A stretch of 64,000 nucleotides of DNA, from assembly GCF_036321535.1 (NCBI RefSeq), contig NC_087436.1:101186001-101250000 (forward strand), in the 5' to 3' direction. The notes beneath the pieces were generated by a model. That model searched no databases. It saw only the letters and a program-made list of their open reading frames with translations, and had not been told where the DNA came from. This DNA comes from Camelus dromedarius. Its lineage: Eukaryota. The position numbers were made by a program, and so were the translations under genes. Position 1 is the stretch's first letter. Each line of letters starts with the position of its first letter. This document shows positions 40,847 to 51,888 of this stretch, one piece after another.

Positions 40847-42359
40847 CTGAAAAAAGGAAAATAAAGATTTATGCAGGTCAAAAAAAAAATTGATGAAGAA
40901 AATTTCCCCAACGTCTTATGCCCGATTGGAATGCTGTGGTGGAAGTTTTGGAGCAGAGAATTTTTATTTGCAAATTATGTGTTTGTAAATAATAAATAAG
41001 TTCAAGGGGGAAAAAGTTAACTTGTCAGATGAATCCTACTTGCAAACTTTAATGGGTTCTTTTGTTTGTTTGTACACAGCATTAGAGTTCAATACAAACA
41101 TCACTAAATTCCTGAAAATAAACCTTTATTCTGCCTTTAAAACATTAATTCACCAGAAGTGATAATTAAGATTAGTTTTAGTGGTTTCAGCTCAATTCTT
41201 CTTGGAATGTGATTTCTCCCACAACACTAATGCTAAATTAAGCACTGTGTAATGTTCTGAAACAGAGTCCCTGCTTTAGAAAAGATTCTAAGGGCTTTTA
41301 AAATAAATAAGAAAGAAAAGCAAAGCTGACTCAAGATATATATATATATAGAGACAGATCCTACTATTTCTATAGAGTTACAGTAAATAAATGGATGGGG
41401 AGCCTGGGGATAGCCTAGAAATTGGTTATACATAATTTAAACATAAAACTCTAAACAATTGTCATACTAAATTTCCTATATAACCTCTACAACCACCCTC
41501 TCCCAGAAAAAGAAATGATGTTAAAATGCCTAGGAACATTGGTGGTTATTGTGAAACCATGGTTTTGTTACACTGTATTTAGTTTTAAAAACAGTTCGGA
41601 TTTCATTCTTGACTTTAATAAATAATTTAGATGTTATCGATATGTAAATTTAGAATCTAAAACACGAGATTGGTTAACCGATTAACAAGGAAGCGATCCA
41701 ATTGAAAAACGACAAAATGTCACATTCTTCTATCAATTTTCTAGAAAACACTTTTAGAGGAAAAACCAGTTCACGACTGCGTGTTAAGGATACTACCAAA
41801 GTACAGTGCATCTGCAAAGTTGCCAAAATGCAAAGACGCTTGGAAGCCAAAGGAGTCATCAATATTGATGGAAAAGGTAGATTTTCTCAATCAGAATGCA
41901 TAGAACGTTTCATACATAATGTATAAAAAGCTTTTATTCATTTCCACTATAAATATGTTTTTATTGAGGATGTAAATGCTAGGTAGGAGCTTACATCTAT
42001 TGTCATTGTTGTGCTAAAATGAAAAATCCTGTCAACTTATTGAATATATCTTCTAAAGCATGTTAAATTACTTTAATGTCTGTCATCAGTTGCTTGCTTC
42101 CATAAGGGGGGAAAAGCTATTAATTTCTTTTAAAAAGCTATAAAATTAGAAATATAATTTCCCTGATAATTTTACAGATAAAACCTAGAGCCTAACGTAA
42201 ATTATATACTATGGTAAAAAAATCAGTTTTCATAGCTAAATATATAGCTATATGTACATAAGTCAATCTCAACAGATTTCTGTTACTACTGAAATAGATA
42301 CAGAGAAAGTTGTAGAAAATCATTTTTTTCCTACAAGTAGCATGACAAACAAACAAAAA

Positions 42360-42510
42360 AAGAACACTGGACCCTGCATTCTGTGTCCAGGACTCTGGTC
42401 CACATTAAATCCCTGATAATCTTTTTCATACGAGGCCTCAGTTTCTTCTACAAAATGAGGGGATTGTTTTGGTTGGTATCTTTTAATTCTAAGATATGAC
42501 GACTCTAGCG
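42360..42510 (+). mobile_element. MIR (MIR3-like) fragment
   Basis: gaggcctcagtttcttctacaaaatgaggggattg. Confidence 0.6.
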
Positions 42511-45500
42511 ATTTCAGATACAAACGCCGAGCTGTTGACGATGATATATATTTCTGTCAATTCTGTATGTGTTTGAAGTTCAACTCTTTTCCACATTATC
42601 AGCGTATCAATATCACAGGAAATGAGCCTCATAGCGCCATAGCTGGTTTATATGAGTATATCCGTGGGTGTGTGAATGTGAGAGAGTGAGAGATAGTGAT
42701 ATATATTTACTGCGTGCATGCTTTTCCCCATAAGAGCTATGTACTTACTCAAAGATGAAAAGTTAACAAGAAAAAATGATTTTGCAGCTGCATGGTTTAC
42801 TTAGAATCCTTAAATTGACCTTATGGTCTTATGTCAAGTCATTAATTGACTTAGGAGAAGTTTGGGATAAGTTTCAAATTGTCATACCTGGATTTCAGTA
42901 AAAATCTGTACGTACGCTGCAGGTCAAATCAGTGGATGACCCTTCCCATGTTTTATTGACATCCAGAAAGCCAGTAGATACCTCCTGACTAAAGACACAG
43001 CCTAAGTTTCATCAGTTACTAGCCTCTTACCTATGATTTCAGGCCAAAGGGAACAGAAGTCTCACCATAGGCAGATTCATTGTGCCTCTTGAAAATATCC
43101 TGGCTTACAGGCAGGAGAACCATACTGTAGAAGTTCTGCTGATAGAATTAAAACTGGAGGCGGCTGGGGTTGGCATCACTAGACAGATGCACTTCCACTG
43201 TAATACATATGGTATAATACACACTCACAAATAAACTGATATTCAGTTTCCTCAGTGCTTATAACTCTAGTAGATGGTAAGTCATTATTTGTTTCCCAAA
43301 TGGAAGTAATTTAAAAAATTTATGACATAATTTTACTATATTGAACACAATTTGATCAATTAGAGGGAACATTATTCAGACAACATTCAGCAGTTCCTTA
43401 GGCTAGGGAAACTGTCACTGGAGCTAATATGAATTTTTCTTGAGTATTTCAGGATCAGCTACAAATGGATTTTCAAATTAATGTTTATTCAAGCTGCATC
43501 CTCTATATGCTTGCCAAAAATAAAGTACCTTACTTTCCATTCACTAAATACAATAAAATTTTTACTTGTCAGTGCATTATCTAAATAACAACATGGCAAG
43601 GATAAGCTCAAGAGGACTTGAAAACAACATGCAAAGTGGTAACTCTGCTTTTATGTTCTCTGTCAAACTTTTGGAGTTATATTATTTTTTTAAGAAAATT
43701 GAAAAATACTTAACACATAGTAAAATATTGGTGATTTAAAAATAAATTAAAAAATAGATTGCTTCTGCTTTCATTTAACAAATCAAAAGCACTGTTTGTA
43801 CTTCCAGGTCACAAAACTTTAACAACCTCCAAGACCAGGTTTACCACACAAAAGAAGAATGAATGGAAAGGTGGACACCTAATGTCAATGATCTACAGTT
43901 TGCTCAAGTAGACACATTATTGAGTTAAGAAGAAGGGCTTTTGTTTGAATTGTAAATGTCTGAAGTATGAAAACCTGGGCTACATCATCAGTTTTTTCAC
44001 TGTATGAAGTTCAGAATAATTCCAGCAACTCTTGCAACACATTATCTCCTCGATTCTGCCCAAGAGTAACTAAAGAAGATTGATTTGAACATTGCTAGAG
44101 CCTATGAAAACAAACCAAAAAGAAGTGGAGGGGGTCAGTATTTACAAATACATTTCTGCAAAGCTGTTTACCTCATTATAATGTAACCATTAAGGGAACT
44201 TAGGAGCAACACTTCAAACTAATTCTCATAAAGATAAGAACACTGTCATAGACATCATTTCCTTTATATCACAAGTAAAGAACTATGATAAGGCAATTAA
44301 GAAAAATTACAAATAAAGTGAAGGCTCTGTGTCAGATGAAATCTCAGATTTTTAATTAATCCCTACCATTAAGAAATTAAAGAGAGTAACCTTGGAGATT
44401 TTCTTTAGATAAATTCAGCATTAAAGGGGAGAAACTATAACAAAACCTTGAATTAAAAAAAATTATGTGAGGTTTAATCAAAGAAAATACATTTGGGAGT
44501 GTTTAAAAAATCAAAGGTAATATATTTAAAAAATAAAAATAGAAAATCATCTACTTACAGTACAAACAAAATTGAGAACAAAAAAGATCCTGTTTAATAT
44601 GTCAGATGTCTAAACAGAATGTAACTTTGTAAATGGATCCCTCGTCTCCTGACAGCAAGATTGAGGAGATGAAACATATCAATTACTATTACTAATTACA
44701 TTAATGGGAATGCATTTCATTTGTCCTTATTTCATTTTAGGTCAGCTATTTATTGTGGTTAAAACTTTATACATCTTTTGACTGTCCAACAACACACAAG
44801 TTTTCCAAAGTCACTTTTACAAACTGCATGCTTTATTTCAATGACTTTGTAGGTATTTTCTTCTGGTATATGGACTTCTTTGCTCAGTTAAGAGACTAAC
44901 ACCATATATTAGTTTATTTATAAGCATATCACTTTGCCTTTTAAACAGGATGCCACAACAGTCTTGATATTGGCTCTTTTAAATATTCAAGAATATAGAG
45001 CTAACTCCATTTGATGACCAAGTAAAGCTTAAGTGTCAGCACAGAACATATGAGATGGCTGCATAAAATATCTACAAATCTCCCACTTAATATGTTCACT
45101 CAAAAGTTTAAGATTATGCAATTTAAAATATAAATGCCAGTCAGCCACAGGACAGAAAATCCTGTTAGAATGACAGTGGAGAAGTAAATATTCTGCAGAA
45201 ATATCTCTTCACATGCTTTGGCATAACAAATTACCATTTTCTAAAGAAATTTCTACAGATCTTAATTTATTCGTGGGTAATTATTATAACTAACCTTCTA
45301 AAAGTGCTATTATTTTTAACTGGAATTGTCCTTGATTACAAAACTGATAAAATCACCAAAACCAAAACAAAAATCTGCAACTAATTCCAGGTAAAGCACT
45401 AACACAACAAATACACTCTCCACTTGCCATGTTTCGTTTAAAAGAAATAACTCAGGCTCATGTGCATGAAAACACATTTTTTTGAAAGACATTTAATGCA

Positions 45501-45976
45501 ATGTAGCCCAAACCTGTGTTTTCTCAGATTGCTTTGATAACTGGATATAAAAGCATATTGTCTGTTTCTCCTTATCCAAATAGCTACACTTAAGTACTAT
45601 CTGTCAAAAACATTTCTTTACGAAACTGATTTTTAAAGTATAAAAACAATAAGAAATTATTATCTATCTCTTTTCTATAATATCTTTAATAAGCCCATCA
45701 ATAACATTTTTAATGAGGCTATAAAATAACTTTTTCCTTTGCTTTAATTCTTCTCAGATCACACATTCCACATGCAAAGCATATTTAATAGAAAAACTAC
45801 TTTTGGATATTATTTGACAGACATAAATGTGTTTCTTGAGATGCTCTGGCTATAAGAAACACGTGATATTTTATCAGCAGAGTTGCTACAGCTTTAGACA
45901 CAACAATTTCCAAAAGGTTTTAAGTTGTTGGGTGAAACTTTGGTGGGTGTGAAAAGTAAACTTTGTGAGATGTATG

Positions 45977-45977
45977 T

Positions 45978-46000
<23 letters not shown>
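45977..46000. repeat. (TA)n microsatellite
   Basis: ttatatatatatatatatatatat. Confidence 0.9.
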
Positions 46001-46008
<8 letters not shown>

Positions 46009-46262
46009 ATATAATCACACAAGCAAAACTGTCGAAAATAAACTTTATATCTTCTGAAGTTCACCTCAGAATATATAATTTTTTTACTGTTTCCACATTT
46101 CACATGAAAACAACTGTGTCAACTATTCCATAAAATTATTATAGTCTCAGTATATCACAATGCATATCAAAATATTCTTGCACACACTGCATCAAACAGG
46201 AAATTTTTGTTGCTTGGCTTAAATAATAATTGGTTTATGCAATTTACTTTTGCTTATGAACT

Positions 46263-46268
46263 TTTAAT
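46263..46268 (-). terminator. Candidate ATTAAA poly(A) signal for the read-through isoform
   Basis: First canonical-type hexamer I could find downstream of the 46843 stop. Confidence 0.3.
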
Positions 46269-46842
46269 ACTAAATACAAATAATATGAATGCCGAATGCA
46301 TAGCCTCATAGAAGCCTAACTTTATGGATACTGAAATATTAAAAATGTAGATTTGCATGATATTTGTATATCATTAAATATTTTTAAGTCAGCATTTTTG
46401 TCAAAGTAGTAAGGATTTCAGTATCTCAGAGTTGGTACTTCCTTTGCATGAATCAGCATCTGTTTATCTGTAAAATCCTGCATAACGTATAACACAGCTA
46501 AAATTTTTATACTGTTCAATTTGCATAGATAGCAGCAGTAACTTTAGAAATGTTCTCTCTGGATGCAGTTACCCACTTAGTAGCACAAAAGAAAAAAGTA
46601 ATTTCAGGTTAAAACTAGCCATCCAAACAATGCATAGATACTTATCCAGAAACAGAAAATGTAGGATGAATTAGGACTGTCAAGCCAAAGAGAAGTGCAA
46701 AACACTGCCTACAGTGTTTTCTTCAGTAGCTTAGTAAACTTAGTAAACTGGTGCAAAAGGCAATGGTGTACCTTTTGTGAATGGCCTCCACTAAATAAAT
46801 GGTGTATGAACTACACCAGCACTAAATCCCTGCTATTTCATT

Positions 46843-46926
46843 TTAACTAATAGCTTTCAGAGAGAAGACAAAACTTTGTAGAAGATGCTGTCTCAGATAC
46901 TTAAACATATGTGGGATGCATCTTAC
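46843..46926 (-). CDS. PCDH7: PCDH7 intron read-through C-terminus (isoform-b type), VRCIPHMFKYLRQHLLQSFVFSLKAIS*
   Basis: The ORF stays open past the donor to TAA at 46843-46845. It starts VRCIP, as I recall human isoform b does. Confidence 0.7.
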   Translation of the reverse strand, partial: VRCIPHMFKYLRQHLLQSFVFSLKAIS

Positions 46927-49900
46927 CTGTTTGCTGTACTTGTTATTGGTTTGACAGCTGTACTCAGAGCAGTGATCTGATCCAATTGAAATGTTGTCTC
47001 CTGCTCCCACAAATGTGTTAGCTGGTGGTAGATCTTGTACGGCCTGGTGTTTTTTTCCTGCAGTTGGTGATTGGGGGTGAAGCTGGACAGTTGGCAATGG
47101 GGAACTAGATTTGTAATGCCTGGCCAGGTCAGGACTGCCGGGCCCGCCGTTAACTGATCGGTATCGGCCCATGCTTGGGCTGTCTGACAGCTTCTCATTG
47201 ACACTATCATACCTCTGTCCATTTGGTTTAGAAGCTTCTACAGTGACAATGCTGCTGTAGAGAGGCTGCTTAGATTTTTTGTTTTTCTTGTCCTTTTTAG
47301 GCTTTTTAGATTTGTCATGCTGTTGGGGTGTAAAAAAGTCTTCATGATCTTTTTTGCCAGCTTCATAGCCATTTTTATTTTTGGAACGGCAGTATCTTGC
47401 CATCACTACAATTAAGATGATTAGAATCACTGTCATAATTCCAGCAACCACCCCAATCACAATACTGAGTCTCTGTTTGCTAATTTCATAGCTTGGGTCA
47501 CCAGCTATATCCTGGGTAAGTGGGGTGTGCAAACTTCTGGCTATCTGGGAGTCAATCACAGTTGCATTAGAAACACTTTCATTGACAAACACATGCACCA
47601 GAGTCGTCGTGGACTGGGAAGGCTGCCCACTGTCATTCACTTGCACTACCAACCTGTGCAAGCCATAATGCTTTTGGGTGAGTTTTCCCACTAAGGAAAC
47701 CACACCACTGGTGGAATCAATCTCAAACAGCTTGAAGGGATTCCCTCCCACAATGCTGTAGTTAAGGTCTGCATTGATGCCATCATCACTGTCTGTTGCC
47801 AACACTGTAGCTACCACTGTTCTGACATTACTTGAAGGTGGCAGTAAAGTGTAGGAAATGTTTCTGGGAAGGGTAACGGTGGGAGCGTTGTCATTCTCAT
47901 CCATCACAAAGAGAGAGACTGTGGCTGTTGCAGATCTGGGAGGATCTCCCCCATCCACAGCCTTGACTCTGAATGTGTATGTGGTCTGATGTTCCCGGTC
48001 AAAAGACATGGTGGAGTAAATGGTCCCTGTGTCATTTTCAATGGAAAAAATGTTACTGTTCTCCTCTATGTACAGGCTCATCTCCGCATTGCGCCCCTTG
48101 TCAGCATCCATCACTGTGACCATTCCCACGGGGCTGTTGGGCTGCAAGTTTTCTTTCACATAAAAGGTAAAGACGTCCTGCATAAACTTAGGGTCATTGT
48201 CATTCTTGTCAGCCACCTGCACAATCACAGTGGTGCTGCCCTGCAGCACCGGGATGCCTTTGTCTTTGGCGTTAACTTTAAACTCATACCTGTCAGTCTG
48301 CTCACGGTCCAGCACCGTATTGACGAGGATGTCCCCGGAATCGGGATCTATGGCAAAGATCCCCATGACGGAAGAGTCCAGAGAGTAGGCGATCTCAGCG
48401 TTTTTCCCGCTGTCGGCGTCTGTCGCCAGCACCGTGGCTACCCTCTCACCAGGGATGTTGTTCTCGGGAAAGTAAACCTCCACCACCGACTGGCCGAAGA
48501 CGGGAGGGTTGTCATTAGTGTCTCCCACCTTGACAATCAGGGAGTTGTTGCTGGAGAGGCTAGGGCTGCCCGAGTCCACCGCCACTATGACCACGTTGAA
48601 CTCCCGAGTGGTCTCATAGTCCAAAGGGGCAGACGTGTGCAGAAAGTACTTTTTCTTGTTCTGATCGCCCTCTGTGTCGCTGGCCGGTTTGAGTTGGAAG
48701 GGCACGTCGCCCACCACGGTACAGGTGACCACTCCGTTCTCGCCTTGGTCTCGGTCAGACACCTGCACCAGGGCGATGGGGGTGTCGACCAGAACGTCCT
48801 CGGCCACGTTGGCCACCCCGTCCTTGAGTGGGATACGCCCGATCTTGCGGATTTCAATGGACGGCACATTGTCGTTCTCGTCCTTGATATTGAGGACCAC
48901 CGTGGCTTTGTCGGTCTTGGGGGGCTGCCCGCGATCGCGGGCCATGACAGTGAAGCGCAGCTGGTTCACCTCCTCGCGGTCGATACGATGCAGGACACTG
49001 AGCCAGCCGGACGTCTCGTCGAGGCGCAGCAGCCGCCTCACGGACTCAGTAGCCGCCCCAAACACATACTCAATCTGCCCGTTGACCCCCACGTCCAGGT
49101 CGGCGGCGCGCAGCTGCAGGATGGGGGTCCCTGGGGCGCTGTTCTCGGCCAGGTCAGCCTCGTACACGCTCTTCTCGAAGCGGGGGCTGTTGTCATTCAC
49201 GTCAGTGATGAGCACCCGCAGGATGGCCTGAGAGGAGCGGGGCGGGTCGCCACCGTCGCGCACCCGTAGGGTCAACTCGTAGGAGTCGCGCTGTTCGCGG
49301 TCCAGCGCCCCCTTCACGATCAACTGCGGCTGCTTCTCGCCATCCGGGGTGTCGGCCACCTGCAGCTCGAACACGCTGCTGCGGCCTCCCGGGTTGGTCC
49401 CGCTGCCACCCTCCGGCGCGTCCAGCCGCCTCTTGGAGCCACCCGAGCCGCCGCCGCCGGTCGCGCCGTTCCCGCCGCCCCCGGGGTAGGGGGCGCTGTC
49501 GGCAGGCCCGGCGCGCCGGCCCTCGCCGCCGCCGCCGCCGCCCCCGGGCTCCTGGAGCAGCTCGTAGCGGTCGATGCCGTTGCGACCGAAGTCACGGTCG
49601 GTGGCGGTGGGTAGCAGGTAGAGAGTGCCCACGGGCCGGTTCTCCTCCACCGTGAGCGTAAGCACGGGCGACGGGAAGGTGGGCGTGTTGTCGTTGATGT
49701 CGAGCACGATGACCCGACCCTCGAACAGGTCCACCCAGCTCTGCGAGGGCCCGATCACCGACACCTCGAAGTCCAGGAAGCACTCGTTCTCGTCGAAGAT
49801 CATCTGACACTGGGGCAGCTTCTCGCGGTCGATGCGCCGTTCGCTCGTACTCAGCTCGCCGGTGAGGTTGTCGATCTTCAGGTACTCTGAGCCCGACTCG

Positions 49901-50103
49901 AGGCTGAAAGTCACCTCACCGGAGCCGGTCACGATGCCCAAGTCCGAGGCGACGTTGCCGATGCGGACGTCTGCTGGGCCCTCCTCGGCCAGTCGGTACC
50001 GGAGGAGTTGTTTGGCGGCCGCCAGGCTGAGTGAGAGCGGCAGGAGGAGACAGCAGCCCAGGCACCAGGCGCGCGCCCATCCCGTGGTCCGCATCCTCAG
50101 CAT
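46927..50103 (-). CDS. PCDH7: Protocadherin-7, coding part of exon 1 (1059 codons): signal peptide, 7 cadherin repeats, transmembrane helix, proximal cytoplasmic tail ending ...NNKYSKQ
   Basis: Long ORF with repeated cadherin motifs (DRE/DYE, DxD, DxNDNxPxF) and a Gly-rich insert in EC2. TM segment LSIVIGVVAGIMTVILIILIVVMA at ~47398-47469. N-terminus MLRMRTTGWARAWCLGCCLLL matches PCDH7 as recalled. Consensus phase-0 donor CAG|GTAAGA at 46927/46926. Confidence 0.97.
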
Positions 50104-51160
50104 CTTCTCCTGCTGCTGTTGCTACTGCTCCTTCTAATCAAGGCCCCCTCGGCGCCCCCTTCCTCCGGGGCCGGTCGCCTGCCCTCCTCCCAGTCCTCTC
50201 TCCTCTCCGGGAAGGGAAGAAGCGAGAGGAAGAGGAGGGAGGGGGCAAGAGCAACGTCCAGAGTCAGCCAGGGGGGACCAGCGATAGATCCTTCTTTTTT
50301 TTTCCTCCTGCTTCTTCCGAAAGTTATTGTTTCATAATTCATGCAATGGGTACTAATCGCCCACTTGCCGGCCGCCGTTCAGTCGCAGTACTCACAGTTC
50401 ACGGGACACTGCGCGCCGCGGACTCGGCGCCCCCCCAGAGTCATTCCCGCAGCGGGCGGAGGATCCCGAGCTACTGTCCCCGCTCTGTCGGATGGGGCCG
50501 GAACCGCTCCGGGAGGCGGGCGGTGGAGCCGGGAAGCGGAGGGGAGCGAGCCTGCAGCTCACCCCGCCTGCCAACCCCGCTGGTCTTTGATGCTACTCGA
50601 GTTGAGTCCAATTCACGTTTCAGCCACTCACTCCAGACCCAGCTTCTGCTCCGGCTGCCCAGGCAAACGTGAGTCGCTTCCTGCACGAGGCGCTAGGGTC
50701 AGCAACAAGCCAGTCTCAACTCCGACTCCGCTCAGGCAGCGGAGGAGCCAGGCAACGGATCAAGAATGAAAAATCCCGGCAGGTCGCTTCGGGCACCGTG
50801 CAGTGGAGACCACTCGCGTCACACAGCGGTCCGCGTCTGGGTCCCCCCCGTGTGCGGAAGAGCAGCCCGAGCCATCTTCAGAGATGCCCGGAGAGTCAGT
50901 CCCTTCACTCCCGAGAGCTCGGGTTTCTCTTTTTTCTTAACAACTCTGCGCAAGGTCATTAGTCACGAAGCCGCCGCCTGAAACCGCAGCAGCCGTTCGC
51001 CCGCGGGGTGAAGCCTGAGCCGTGCGCACTTCGCGGTGCCCAAGTTTGGGTTCGCAGCCGTAGAGTCCGTGCCTTTCCTCACCTGCATTCGGCCCGCATG
51101 TCAGAGCACTGGGATCTGCAGCGCTGTGCGCGATTCAGGGAGGAGATTGCAGCCTCTCTC
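50104..51160 (-). other. PCDH7: PCDH7 5'UTR (about 1 kb, GC-rich, several uORFs); TSS position approximate
   Basis: GC-rich sequence between the ATG and the GA-rich promoter tract. The TSS is inferred, not observed. Confidence 0.55.
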
Positions 51161-51316
51161 TCTCCCCGCGCGCGCTCTCTCTCTCTCCCTCTCCCTCTCT
51201 CTCGATCCCTCCCCTCCCTCCCTCTATCCTCTCTCTCCTCCTCCTCTCTCCTCCCTCCTCTCCTTTCCCCTTTCCCCTTCTCCCACTCTCTCTAGTACGC
51301 TCCCTCTCCTTCCTCC
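51154..51316. repeat. Polypyrimidine/polypurine (CT-rich) tract at the presumed core promoter
   Basis: About 160 bp of almost pure C/T on the plus strand with an embedded cgcgcgcg. Confidence 0.9.
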
Positions 51317-51861
51317 AAGTCCCAATGCTGGCAACTCGAGCTGAACTTGATCCCTTTGCAGTTCAAAGGTGAGCAAACCAGGCTCGGCGCGCAGGCGACG
51401 TTGGCCTGGCGAAAGCCCCCGGCCAGGCTCCCCCAACGGCAATTAACAAAGATGCCCAATTCTGTCCGGATTTCTGAAGAAAAAGGAAAAGGCACCGGGG
51501 AGGGGGGTGTTAGGGGAGGTGGAGTCAGATACAGCTGCCAAGTAGCTTAAAAAAAAAAAAAAAAGAAATCCAGTTTGCCAAGGGGAGAAAAAGTGCCAGT
51601 CGGTTGTTGCCTCGGAAGTGCCCTGGCACGGCGGGTGAATTCCGCAGTTGTCTCGCCCCCTTTCTGTCTGGGAGAGTCTGGTGCGGGAGCTCCCGCCGCC
51701 CCTTTGGCTGCCTCGGCTCAAAGACACTGAATGGCAAATGGGAAGCTCCCTCTCGCTAGCCGAGAGCCGGAAACCCTCAAGTTTTCCCAAAGTGATGGTT
51801 GCTGCTGGGAGCTCGCTGCCTAGCTCGCGGCTCAGGCTTGTCCCTGACGCTGCTGCGGTGT

Positions 51862-51888
51862 CGGCGGCGGCGGCGGCGGCGGCGGCGG
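51862..51888. repeat. (CGG)9 trinucleotide repeat
   Basis: Nine perfect CGG units. Confidence 0.95.

Larger units (their letters stand above)
40847..46926 (-). other. PCDH7: PCDH7 intron 1 of the short isoform (6080 nt, GT-AG)
   Basis: GTAAGA at 46926-46921 and polypyrimidine-CAG ending at 40847. Confidence 0.88.

Noticed and set aside
47989..49269. 426-aa plus-strand ORF and other ORFs overlapping PCDH7 exon 1
   Set aside because: Antisense or alternate-frame shadows of a GC-rich coding exon, with no recognisable domain.
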